Source of the DNA: the human T2T-CHM13v2.0 reference genome, Homo sapiens
DNA length: 64,000 nt
Reading direction: 5' to 3' (one strand)
Assembly: GCF_009914755.1 (NCBI RefSeq)
Contig: NC_060929.1
In this document: positions 1 to 17,229 of the stretch, in pieces
Numbering within the stretch: position 1 is the first letter of the stretch
Layout of the letters: each line of letters begins with the position of its first letter
The notes under the pieces: model-generated
What the model was told of the DNA's origin: nothing
Seen by the model: the letters and a program-made list of their open reading frames with translations, nothing else
Databases searched by the model: none
Made by a program: the position numbers and the translations under genes

Positions 1-113
1 TTTTAAGGGTAATTTTACATTTTTACACTAGCTGGCCGTCTGTCAGGAGTAGAAAATCTAGGCTGATCTTCTCTCTCTGTTATGTACTATCTCTGTATTT
101 ATAAGATGTAGGT

Positions 114-534
<421 letters not shown>

Positions 535-553
535 TTAAGAAAGAACCAGTATC

Positions 554-1210
<657 letters not shown>

Positions 1211-1475
1211 TTAACATTAATAAATTTTTTTTTCATTGCTGCATGTAAATGTTAGCACATTTTTTTAAATAAAAAACCTAAATGATCATCCATAGGCAAT
1301 TGTTAAATAGTTACATCCATCCAAACCATGGAGTACCATGAAATAGCTAAAATGAGTTAGGTAGATCAGTATATATGCTGACTTGAAATAATTTGCAAGG
1401 AATACCACTAAGTGAAAAGAAGCTGAAGAATCATTTGTTTAGTATAATATCATTTATGTAAAAAAAAATAGCATG

Positions 1476-2540
<1,065 letters not shown>

Positions 2541-2597
2541 CGATGGGGAAAATTGAAACTCTGAACATGGCATTCACTATTATCTTCTCTCCTACAG

Positions 2598-4870
2598 AAA
2601 GAAAAAAGGTGTTTAAAGATGTCCTGTTATGTTTGAACATGGATAGAAGCAGAAAGGTTCTGCCAGATTTTGTTAAACAATTCTCCTTAGATCGAGGATG
2701 TAAGTGGACCCCTGAGAGTCCAGGAGACTTAGCCTGGAATTTCCTGATGAAAGTTCAAGCACGAGATGTGACGGCTAGGGATTCAATCCTCAGTCACAAG
2801 GTTCTGGATGAAGATAGCAAGGAGGATTTGCTGGCTGGAGTGGAGAATTTGGAAATTCGAGACATACAAACCATTAATCCCCTTGACGTGCTTTGTGCCA
2901 CCATGCTGTGTTCAGATAGCTCTTTGCAACGCCAAGTCATGTCAAACATGTATCAGTGCCAGTTTGCTCTTCCCCTGCTACTGCCAGATGCAGAAAACAA
3001 CAAAAGCATCTTAATGCTGGGGGCCATGAAAGACATTGTGAAGAAGCAGTCAACACAGTTTTCAGGGGGGCCTACAGAGGATACAGAAAAGTTTCTGACT
3101 CTCATGAAGATGCCTGTCATCTCTTTTGTGCGTCTAGGATACTGTAGCTTCTCTAAGTCCAGAATCCTCAACACACTTCTCAGCCCTGCCCAGTTGAAAT
3201 TACACAAAATCTTTCTTCATCAAGATTTGCCTCTTTTGGTGCTTCCCCGGCAAATCTCTGATGGCCTGGTTGAGATAACATGGTGTTTTCCTGATAGCGA
3301 TGATAGAAAGGAAAACCCCTTTTTCCAAAAGCCTGTTGCTCTGGCTAATCTCCGTGGAAATCTAGAAAGCTTTTGGACTCAGTTTGGTTTTTTGATGGAA
3401 GTTTCTTCAGCTGTGTTTTTTTTCACTGACTGTTTAGGTGAGAAGGAATGGGACTTGCTAATGTTTTTAGGAGAGGCTGCCATTGAAAGATGCTACTTTG
3501 TTCTCAGTTCCCAAGCCAGGGAGAGTGAAGAGGCTCAAATTTTTCAGAGGATACTGAACTTGAAGCCAGCACAGCTACTGTTTTGGGAGAGGGGAGATGC
3601 TGGGGATAGAAGGAAGAACATGGAGGGCCTTCAAGCTGCCCTCCAGGAAGTGATGTTCTCTTCTTGCCTCAGATGTGTGTCTGTGGAGGATATGGCCGCC
3701 CTGGCCAGGGAGCTGGGGATTCAGGTAGATGAAGACTTTGAAAACACTCAGAGAATTCAAGTTTCCTCTGGAGAAAACATGGCTGGGACAGCTGAAGGTG
3801 AGGGTCAGCAAAGACACAGTCAGCTAAAAAGCTCATCTAAAAGCCAGGCTCTAATGCCAATTCAAGAGCCTGGGACTCAATGTGAGCTCAGCCAGAATCT
3901 TCAGAATCTCTATGGTACCCCAGTATTCAGGCCTGTTCTAGAGAACTCCTGGCTCTTTCCAACCAGAATTGGAGGTAACTTTAACCATGTTTCCTTGAAA
4001 GCCTCCTGGGTTATGGGCCGCCCCTTTGGGTCAGAGCAGAGGCCTAAGTGGTTCCATCCTTTGCCTTTTCAGAATGCAGGGGCCCAGGGCCGAGGTAAAA
4101 GTTTTGGTATTCAATCCTTCCATCCCCAGATATTTTATTCAGGTGAAAGATTCATGAAATTTTCCAGAGTTGCTCGGGGATGTCACTCGAATGGAACATT
4201 TGGGAGACTGCCAAGACCCATTTGTCAGCATGTACAGGCCTGCCCTGAGAGACCACAAATGATGGGAACTCTTGAAAGGTCTAGGGCAGTAGCCTCCAAG
4301 ATAGGTCACTCCTATTCCCTGGATTCACAGCCAGCAAGAGCAGTAGGGAAGCCATGGCCTCAGCAAGCTTGCACCAGGGTAACAGAGTTAACTGAAGCAA
4401 CTGGAAAACTGATAAGAACATCCCATATTGGAAAGCCTCACCCTCAGTCCTTTCAACCAGCAGCAGCCACACAAAAACTAAGACCTGCTTCTCAGCAAGG
4501 AGTCCAGATGAAGACACAAGGTGGGGCTTCAAATCCAGCTCTCCAAATAGGGTCCCATCCCATGTGCAAGAGCTCTCAGTTCAAATCCGATCAGTCCAAC
4601 CCATCCACAGTCAAACACTCCCAGCCTAAACCCTTCCATTCTGTGCCCTCTCAACCTAAATCCTCTCAGACAAAATCCTGTCAGTCCCAGCCCTCCCAAA
4701 CTAAACCTTCTCCATGCAAATCTACTCAGCCTAAGCCAAGCCAGCCCTGGCCTCCCCAGTCTAAGCCTTCTCAGCCCAGACCCCCTCAACCTAAGTCATC
4801 CTCAACCAATCCTTCACAAGCTAAGGCACACCACTCAAAAGCAGGGCAGAAGAGGGGAGGGAAGCATTAA
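2598..4870 (+). CDS. CARD6: CARD6 terminal coding exon (phase 1; 757 codons + stop; URG4/VLIG-related region and C-terminal Pro/Ser/Gln-rich tail)
   Basis: Uninterrupted non-repeat ORF; acceptor TCTTCTCTCCTACAG ending at 2597; TAA at 4868-4870; translation (INPLDVLCATMLCSDSSLQRQVMSNMYQCQFALPLLLPD...KAGQKRGGKH) recognised as human CARD6; length fits the C-terminal ~757 aa of the 1037-aa protein; C7 downstream matches known synteny. Confidence 0.95.
4568..4837 (+). repeat. Degenerate coding 15-bp/5-aa tandem repeat (~18 units, K-[P/S]-S-Q-[P/S/T])
   Basis: KSSQF/KSDQS/NPSTV/KHSQP/.../KPSQP/RPPQP/KSSST/NPSQA register in the translation. Confidence 0.8.
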
Positions 4871-5019
4871 AGAGCTAACTCCAGAGATCTATAAAGCATA
4901 TCCTTTACCCAGGCCATTCCTATCATATAGTAAGCAGAAGAGTTGCCATGAAAGTAAAAGACTACTGTCATTAGCATGTAAAACAAAGAAAGATATACAT
5001 GACCGAATTGGATATCTTT

Positions 5020-5313
5020 GTTTGTTTGTTTGAGACAGAGTTTCACTCTTGTTGCCCAGGCTGGAGTGCAATGGCACGATCTCGGCTCACCGCAACCTCT
5101 GCTTCCTGGCTTAAAGTGATTCTCCTGCCTCAGCCTCTCGAGTAGCTGGGATTACAGGCATGCACCACCACACCCAGCTAATTTTGTATTTTTAGTAGAG
5201 GCAGGGTTTCTCCATGTTGGTCAGGCTGGTCTTGAACTCCCGACCTCAGGTGATCCGCCCACCTAGGCCTCTCAAAGTGTTGGGATTACGTGTGTAAGCC
5301 ACAGTGCCCAGCC
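5020..5313 (-). mobile_element. Antisense Alu (AluS-like) in CARD6 3'UTR
   Basis: Alu reverse complement with (TTTG)n tail; 16-bp TSD CGAATTGGATATCTTT at 5004-5019 and 5314-5329. Confidence 0.95.
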
Positions 5314-5753
5314 CGAATTGGATATCTTTAAGATATCTGTAAGTGTTATATCCCTAACCAAGAAGAAAAATATGAAAATAATTAAGACTAGAATCAAGCA
5401 GTAGATAATTGAATCCAATCTTGGGTATTATTAGATAATGTATAACTTGCACCCAGGGAATGGGGGTCTATGAGACAACCCCACTTGGAGAAGAATGGGG
5501 TTAGGGTCTCTAATTGCAAAGTGACTGTACAATAGGACGAAAGTTGCCTCTGTGTCTGAGAAAGTATCTTAGTTGTTGGCTGCTCCAGAGGTATCTTTGT
5601 CAAAAGCTTCTGGTTCAATATCAGCCACTGAGCAGATAACCCTGCTTATTTGGTGTGGTTAAATCAACTAGCTTCTGCTAATAGCCCCAATTTGCTTGAA
5701 TGGGAAAACTCTCTCATTTGACCCTTATAGGTAGAAATAATGAATTAACAACC

Positions 5754-5759
5754 AATAAA
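5754..5759 (+). terminator. CARD6 polyadenylation signal AATAAA
   Basis: Canonical hexamer followed ~20-45 nt later by TTTGTG...TGTTTGTTT. Confidence 0.75.
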
Positions 5760-5809
5760 ATTAATCATTTGGCATTAACTTTGTGAAAGATCTATGTTTG
5801 TTTCATATT

Positions 5810-6794
<985 letters not shown>

Positions 6795-6899
6795 ATAGTT
6801 TAAATATTTGTAATAGTTAAGAAAATTGGACTTATTAGAGGGTCTGGTATTAATATACTAATACCTCATGATTCAAATTTAAAATGTTATTGAGTTTTC

Positions 6900-7651
6900 T
6901 TTTTTTTTTTTATACTTTAAGTTTTAGGGTACATGTGCACATTGTGCAGGTTAGTTACATATGTATACATGTGCCATACTGGTGCGCTGCACCCACTAAC
7001 TCGTCATCTAGCATTAGGTGTATCTCCCAATGCCATCCCTCCCCCCTCCCCCCACCCCACCACAGTCCCCAGAGTGTGATATTCCCATTCCTGTGTCCCT
7101 GTGATCTCATTGTTCAATTCCCACCTATGAGTGAGAATATGCGGTGTTTGGTTTTTTGTTCTTGCGATAGTTTACTGAGAATGATGATTTCCAATTTCAT
7201 CCATGTCCCTACAAAGGACATGAACTCATCATTTTTTATGGCTGCATAGTATTCCATGGTGTATATGTGCCACATTTTCTTAATCCAGTCTATCATTGTT
7301 GGACATTTGGGTTGGTTCCAAGTCTTTGCTATTGTGAATAATGCCACAATAAACATACGTGTGCATGTGTCTTTATAGCAGCATGATTTATAGTCCTTTG
7401 GGTATATACCCAGTAATGGGATGGCTGGGTCAAATGGTATTTCTAGTTCTAGATCCTTGAGGAATCGCCACACTGACTTCCACAATAGTTGAACTAGTTT
7501 ACAGTCCCACCAACAGTGTAAAAGTGTTCCTATTTCTCCACATCCTCTCCAGCACCTGTTGTTTCCTGACTTTTTAATGATTGCCATTCTAACCAGTGTG
7601 AGATGGTATCTCATTGTGGTTTTGATTTGCATTTCCCTGATGGCCAGTGAT
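6900..7651 (-). mobile_element. 5'-truncated young L1 (L1PA2-like): ORF2 C-terminus + 3'UTR
   Basis: ORF 7114..7632 is the L1 ORF2 C-terminus ([19 protein letters not shown]); poly-T; TSD ATGTTA(T/A)TGAGTTTTC at 6884-6899 and 7652-7667; GAG rather than ACA at the Ta-diagnostic site. Confidence 0.92.
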
Positions 7652-8225
7652 ATGTTAATGAGTTTTCAGTTTTAGAGTTGTAATTTTCTTAAGTTAAAAG
7701 ATAAGTTTACAAAAAACATTGAAATGTTAAAGAGAACTTAAGATTCACAAAATTTATACTTTTATTAGATTCATATTATTCTAAACATTTGGGTAAATTC
7801 TGCTTGTTAGAGGCATTAAGGAAAAATAGTGTATTAAATTTAAAATATTTAAGTCACATTTAGTTAACTAGGTTTGTAAATGACATCAAATATGGATAAA
7901 AGGACACTTTAAAAGTATCTGTTAAAAGTCACTAGATTAAGAATAAAATAATAACATTTATAAATTGAACTTAATAGCTTCAGTTTGTGAATTGGCAACT
8001 CTAGTAAAATTAATATTAATTTAAAGCACTACAGTAGTCCCCAAATAGTCTTTCATATGTAAAAAAAGTACCTTCAAGTACATCAAAAAAGAAAAAGTCA
8101 TATTGACAAATGAATGAGAGCTGGTCTTTGAAAAGCAATAATTAATCCTTGAGAATGGTATCATATCACAACAGATATTTTTCCTTTGTGCATGTATTAA
8201 ACAATCAATATTGAGTGTGTCCATG

Positions 8226-10564
<2,339 letters not shown>

Positions 10565-10887
10565 TAAAATTTTTCTTTTTAACATTAAAAAAATTGTGTT
10601 CTTTGTTGAGATGCTTGAAAGGCATGCATACCAATGTGATACAAAGACTGGGCGTTGGGACAAAGTTGTGCACTTAATGAATCAAATTAACTTCATAAAC
10701 CTAGGTTTTACCTGTATTCACTTGATCTCCTACATTTCCTTAGGTCTTTGAATTTTTCGTAGTCTCCTCTTGTGATTAAGGTATAATCACCTTTCCAATG
10801 TTTGCTATATAGGATTCATGGAGACAAAATATTTGGTGCGGAAGATAAATGTCATTCTGATTGCCAATGGTTCAGTCTGACTTAATA

Positions 10888-11000
10888 AGTGCCTTTAAGT
10901 GCTAATTAGCTAAGGGCATCTTAGCCTTTACTCTAACAAATACCAGTGCCTTTAAGTGCTAATTAGCTACTGGTATTTGTTAGAGTAAAGGCTAAAATGC
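10888..11000. repeat. 25-bp direct repeat interleaved with a 32-bp inverted repeat
   Basis: AGTGCCTTTAAGTGCTAATTAGCTA at 10888-10912 and 10945-10969; inverted arms 10916-10947 and 10969-11000 (31/32 match). Confidence 0.95.
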
Positions 11001-11430
11001 TGTAGTAAAAATAAGGCAAAAGTGTAATGGCTTAAATAATATGGGAACTTATTTCTCTCTCGTTTAACACTTCAGCCTGTCTAGGTTGATGGAGCAGCTT
11101 TTCTTAGTAGGGTTAATCAAGAACTAAATTTCTTCTAGTTTGTTGTTCTTTCATCTCCTTGGCATCATCCTGTTGTGTATGAATGAAGCTGGTCTTTCTC
11201 ATTTCTTTGATTCAGTTTACAAAAACATTAGAAAAGCCAAAGTTCAGAGGAACCAACTTGAGTTTAAGTTAGAGATGACTTGGAAATTTTAGATGTTTTA
11301 CAATCAGCTCCCATTGGCTCAGACTTGGTCATATGGCCACATGTAGCTGCAAGGGAGGTTGGGAAATGCTGTTACTAGTGGCAAGACCATGCATCCAGGA
11401 ACAAGAGGAGGAGAAACAGTCAATCACAAT
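10972..11430 (-). mobile_element. Ancient MLT1-type MaLR LTR remnant
   Basis: ATGGCTTAAA..ACTTATTTCTCTCTC and CCATTGGCTCAGACTTGGTCATATGGCCAC..AGCTGCAAGGGAGG resemble MLT1K/L. Confidence 0.55.
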
Positions 11431-11453
11431 ATTGTAGAATATCAAAAATACTA

Positions 11454-11756
11454 GGCTGGAATAGTGGCTTATACCTGTGATCCCAGCATTTTGGGAGGCC
11501 AAGGTGGGAGGATCACTTGAGCCCAGGAATTTGAGACTAGCCTGGACAACACAGTGAGGCCCCATCTCTACAAAAAGTAAAGAAGATTAGCTGGGCATGG
11601 TGGCACGTGCCTGTGGTCCTAGCTGCTTGAGAGGCTGAGGTAGGAGGATCCCTTGAGCCAGGGAGGTTGAAAATGCAGGGATCCCAGATTGTGCCACTGC
11701 ACTCTAGTCTGGGTAACAGAGTGAGATCTTGTCTCAAAAAAAGAAAAGAAAAGAAA
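11454..11756 (+). mobile_element. Alu (AluJ-like)
   Basis: Alu consensus match. Confidence 0.88.
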
Positions 11757-11998
11757 GAGGCCCAGGTAAAGTCAACAGATAGTATCTCAAAACAAACATT
11801 GATCACAATTTACTACTTATTATAGACTATACATTATTTTACTGATGGGGAGTGGTAGCAATTGCCTAAATTGAAGAGCGAATTTTGAATGATGTTGCAA
11901 TGATGAAAAGCTTTTAGCTTATACACTCATTTGATAAAGGAACATTGCTATTGTGATCTGGGTATGGCTGCTTCTTACCCTAAAGCACACATGAAGGC

Positions 11999-12904
11999 TG
12001 TGAAAGTTATCAGAATCAAAATGGAGTCATTAACATTAAGAAAACACTGATAAAGGGAGTGAGGGAAAGCTATAAAGAGAGAATTCTTGGCGGGGCGCGG
12101 TGGCTCATGCCCGTATTCTCAGGACTTTGGGAGGCCGAGGTGGGTGGATCACCTGAGGTCAGGAGTTCGAGACCAGCCTGGCCAACATGGTAAAACCCCG
12201 TCTCTACTGAAAATGCAAAAAATAGCTGGACGTGGTGACACGTGCCTGTAATCCCAGCTACTCAGGAGGCTGAGGCAGGAGAATCCCTTGAACCTGGGAG
12301 GCGGAAGTTGCAGTGAGGCTGAGATCGTGCCACTGCACTCCAGCCTGGGAGACAGAGTGAGACTCTGTCTCAAAAAAAAAAAAAAAAAAAGAGAGAGAGA
12401 GAGAGTTCTCAGGCGGGCACGGTGGCTCAGGCCGTAATCTCAGCACTTTGGGAGGCCAAGGCAGGTGGATCACTTGAGGCCAGGAGTTCAAACGCAGCCT
12501 GGCCAACATGGCAAAACCCTGTGTCTACAAAAAGAGAGAGAGAGAAGGAGAGAGAGAGAAGTCTCATGTATTATGCCTAATAACAAAAAAGACTACAAAA
12601 AACACAACCTTGCACAAAGACCATCTCAAACCTTATACAAAAAGATACTACTACAAGGACATTTGCCCAGCAACTGTCTATCTGAGCTTGGACTGATGTC
12701 ACCCTTGTTATTGATCTTTGTAGTCAAAGGTAATTATCTCAAAACAATTACATAATCCTCCTCATTCTTTCCTTTAAAAACCTTTGTCTTCCTTTTCCTC
12801 CCCAAATACATAGTTTACCAAGCATGCCTATTCCCATTGCACACTGTATTCCCAGATTAACATTTTCCGTTAGAGAGCCTCTCTGCTTATAATTGAGGTT
12901 GACA
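11999..12904 (+). mobile_element. ERV1 solo LTR (MER65-like) containing an Alu (~12089-12400) and an Alu monomer (~12412-12535)
   Basis: TG...CA termini (TGTGAAAGTTATCAGAATCAAAATGGAGTC / GGTTGACA), 4-bp near-TSD AGGC/GGGC. Confidence 0.7.
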
Positions 12905-13014
12905 GGGCCATAAAGATTTCTTTATTTTTTTCATGTTTAAAAAAACTTTATTCACCAAAAACCTTGCAAGGCCCTAAAGATTTCTGTTATTCCATAAACT
13001 AGACTGTAGACTGT

Positions 13015-14298
13015 CTTTTCTTTTCTTTCTTTTTTTTTTTTTTGAGACAGAGTCTCGCTCCATCGCCCAGGCTGGAGTGCAGTGGCATGATCTCGGCTCA
13101 CTGCAACCTCTGGGACTAATTGCAACCTCCGCCTCCCAGGTTTAAGCGATTCTCCTGCCTCAGCCTCCAGAGCAGCTGGGATTACAGGCGCCTGCCATTA
13201 TGCCCAGCTAATTTTTTGTATTTTTAGTAGAGATGGAGTTTCACCATGTTGGACAGCTAGTCTTGAGCTCCTGACCTCGTGATTCACCTGCCTCGGCCTC
13301 CCAAAGTGCTGGGATTACAGGTGTGAGCCATCGCACCTGGCCTTGCCTTTTCCTTCTTTCATTTTTTTTTTTTTTTTTTGAGATGGAACCTTGCTCTGAC
13401 ACCCAGGCTGGAGTGCAGTGGGCCATCTCGGCTCACTGCAACCTCTGCCTCCCAGGTTCACGATGTTCTCCTCCCTCAGCCTCCGGAGTAGCTGGGATAT
13501 TACAGGCACATGCTACCACACCCGACTGATTTTTGTATTTTTAGTAGAGACAGGGTTTCACCATGTTGGCCTGGCTGGTCTTGAACTCCTGACAAGTGAT
13601 TCGCTCTCCTAGACTGAGCCCAGACTAGATTGTCTTTTTTTTTTTTTTTTTTTTTTTTTTTCTGAGACGGAGTCTAGCTCTGTCGCCCAAGCTGGAGTGC
13701 AGTGGCACAATCTCAGCTCACTGCAAGCTCTGCCTCCTGGGTTCACGCCATTCTCCTGCCTCAGACTCCTGAATAGCTGGGACTACAGGCACCCGCCACC
13801 ACGCCCAGCTAATTTTTTTTTGTACTTGTAGTAGAGATGGGGTTTCACCGTGTTAGCCCGGATGGTCTCGATCTCCTGACCTCATGATCCACCTGCCTCG
13901 GCTTCCCAAAGTGCTGGGATTACAGGTGTGAGCCACCGTGCCCGGCCCCTAGATTGTCTTTTCTAATCTGAGGTGTCAATATTTTTCATACCCTCCTGGC
14001 CCGGTGCGGTGACTCACGCCTGTAATCCCAGCACTTTGGGAGGCCAAGGCAGGCAGATTACCTGAGGTCAGGAGTTCGATACCAGCTTGGGCAACATGGT
14101 GAAATCTCATCTCTACTAAAAACACAAAAATCAGCTGGCTGTGGTGGCACGCACCTGTAATCTCAGCTACTTGGGAGGCTGAGGCAGGAGAATTGCTTGA
14201 ACCTGGGAGGTGGAGCTTGCAGTGTGGCTGAGATTGGGCCGCTGCACTCCAGCCTGGGTGATAGAGCCAGACTCTGTCTCAGAAAAAAAAAAAAAAAA
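13015..14298. mobile_element. Alu cluster: 13015-13343(-), 13362-13605(-), 13634-13948(-, AluY-like), 13998-14298(+)
   Basis: Alu consensus; TSD CTAGATTGTCTTTT around the AluY-like copy. Confidence 0.88.
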
Positions 14299-14302
14299 TC
14301 TA

Positions 14303-14660
14303 AAGCAGTGGTTTTAACATTTGAATGTGTGTAAAAATCATCTAGGGTAGATGTTAAAATTGCATATTCAGAGCTTCACCCTTAGATTCTGGTTCACTAG
14401 GTCTGGGCTGGGCCTGAGAAATCTGCCTTTTTTTTAAAATTTAATTTTTAAAATTTTCATTTTTTTGTGTGGATACAGGGTCTCACTGTGTTGCCCAGGC
14501 TGGTCTCAAACTTTTGGACTCAAGCAATCCTGCCTTGGCCTCCCAAAGTGGTGGGATTACAGGAGTGAGCCACTGTGCTTAACCTGAGAAATCTGCTTCT
14601 TAACAGGAACCCCTGCTGAGGCAGATAGCAGGGGTTCTCCGTGAAAAAACCAGATATAGC
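14303..14660. mobile_element. MER5-type (hAT-Charlie) DNA transposon relic split by an Alu monomer (~14428-14584)
   Basis: AGCAGTGGTTTTAAC...GGCCTGAGAAATCTGC motifs; TGAGAAATCTGC duplicated around the Alu. Confidence 0.6.
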
Positions 14661-14807
14661 CTGGGTGAAAAGCCTGTTTTCAGGTGCTCAGAGAAAGATA
14701 TTTCCATTTAGACCAAGAATCCTGGCTGGGGTAGTCTTTTTCGTTACTCTTATTAAACTCATTATTCATCTCCTCCTGGAAAATTGGGCACAAAAGCTGG
14801 TGAAATA

Positions 14808-15860
14808 TGTTGCAGGAAGTCAGGGACCCCAAACAGAGGGACCAGCTGGAGCCGTGGCAGAGGAACATAAATTGTGAAGGTTTCATGGACATTTATCACT
14901 TCCCTAATAATACTCTTATAATTTCTTACATGTGTCTTACTTTAATCTCTTAATCCTGTTATCTTCATAAGCTGAGGATGTACGTCACCTCAGGATCACT
15001 GTGATGATTGTGTTAACTGTAAAAATTGATTGTAAAACGTGTGTTTGAACAATATGAAATCAGTGCACCTTGAAAAAGAACAGAATAACAGCGATTTTTA
15101 GGGAACAAGGGAAGACAACCATAAGGTCTGACTGCCTGCGGAGTCGGGCAAAAAGAGCCATATTTTCCTTCTTGCAGAGAGCCTATACACGGACGTGCAA
15201 GTATGGGAGATATCACTAAATTCATTTCCTAGCAAGGAATATTAATGTTAAGACCCTAGGAAAAGAATTGCATTCCTGGGGGGACGTCTATAAACGGCCG
15301 CTCTGGGAGTGTCTGTCTTATGCAGTTGAGATAAGGACTGAAATACGCCCTGGTCTCCTGCAGTACCCTCAGGCTTATTAGGGTGGGGAAAAAAACCGCT
15401 CCCTGGTAAATTTGATGTCAGACCAGTTCTCTGCTCTCAAACCCTGTTTTCTATTGTTTAAGATGTTTATCAAGACAATACATGCACAGCTGAACATAGA
15501 CTCTTATCAGGAGTTTTTGATTTTGCCCTTTGCCTTGTGATCTTTGCTTTGCCCTTTGCCTTGTGATCTTTATTGGCCTCAGAAGCATGTGATCTTTGTT
15601 TTTGCCCTTTGAAGCATGTGATCTTTCTGACCTACTCCCTGTTCGTACACCCCCTCCCCTTTTGAAGTCCTTAATAAATACCTGCTGGTTTTGTGGCTCA
15701 GGTAGGCATCACGGACCTACCGATATGTGATGTCACCCCTGGAGGCCCAGCTGTAAAATTCCTCTCTTTGTACTCTTTCTCTTTATTTCTCAGACCGGCC
15801 GACACTTAGGGAAAATAGAAAGAACCTATGTTGAAATATTGGGGGTGGGTTCCCCTGATA
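14808..15860 (+). mobile_element. MER11 (HERV-K11/HML-8) solo LTR, 1053 bp
   Basis: TGTTGCAGGAAGTCAGGGACCCC start, GGGTTCCCCTGATA end, internal AATAAA; 6-bp near-TSD GAAATA/GAAATG typical of class II ERVs. Confidence 0.88.
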
Positions 15861-16213
15861 GAAATGAGATGATAATGAGGTAAAAATCTATAGCCCTTTA
15901 AGATTAGGGCTGTTCTACCTATAAGTTTCTGTATCTAGCACTTTTAATTTTGTCTGCAAATTTTGTACCTGATTAAATGTAAGTGACCTCCTTATATTTT
16001 TTCAACATGTGCTTCTTTCTCCTTGCTCCATGGCTAGGACTTGATTTTTTTTTTCTTAAGCCTCAATCCTTCCTTCTTCTTGCCCAGTGTCACTGGGGAA
16101 TATAATATCATTCTTTCAGTGTTGAGAGAATCACTTTACGAGGGTAACATGCAGTATAATTTTTGGCTTGGGGCTTGATTTGATACTGCCATGTCTTTAG
16201 GCCTCATGGACTA

Positions 16214-16591
<378 letters not shown>

Positions 16592-17229
16592 TCACCAGAT
16601 ACTGAGATACTGAGATGCTGTGAGTTCTCCTGAAGGGCCTCGGCTCCCTAGTCCCTGTCCTTGGTAATCTCCACCCCCATTTCTGGGTATCAGGATAAAG
16701 AATAAAACCCAAAGACAGGTTTGACTACTGCATGCCTTTAATATCTGTCCTATCTCCCACAACTGAATTCAATGAAGGGATGGAGTAAGAAAGCAGGAAA
16801 TACTATTAATACAAAAATATGTCAACCAATACTTGAGATATCATCCCAACACAACAGTAGCCTGGGCCTTGGGGACAGAGTGGCAAGAGTGGCTTGAGCA
16901 AGGGCAGCCTGTAATGCACATTAAGAAGTCAGTAAGCTCAATTCCCCAGTCTGGGTGAGGTCTGGGTGGGGAAGAGGAGCCCCGAGGGGTGCTGGGAAGC
17001 CCTGGATGGGGCACTTTCAAGAAGACAATGGAGACTCAGGCTTTTTATCAGATTAGGGCCAATTTCCTTACTTTTGAACAAAACCTACTTCAGGTGCTTT
17101 TAAGATAAGGAATGAGATAAATGTTTCAGAAGCTAAGAGACAGCACCATCAAAGGAGTATTCTGCTGCGTCTTTACTCTGCCTAAACTATGTTTAAAATT
17201 ATTCAGATATCACCAATACAGTTTCAGTC

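Larger units (their letters stand above)
4871..5780 (+). other. CARD6: CARD6 3' UTR (end approximate)
   Basis: Lies between the stop codon and an AATAAA followed by a GT/T-rich downstream element. Confidence 0.75.

Noticed and set aside
2808-4789. Alternative-frame and antisense ORFs overlapping CARD6
   Set aside because: Short shadows of the coding exon with no independent signals
14607-14637. 11-bp stem / 9-nt loop GAACCCCTGCT...AGCAGGGGTTC
   Set aside because: Short, inside a MER5-type relic that is naturally palindromic; no terminator meaning in a mammalian genome
15520-15630. TTTGCCCTTTGCCTTGTGATCTTT tandem repeats
   Set aside because: Intrinsic internal repeats of MER11 LTRs
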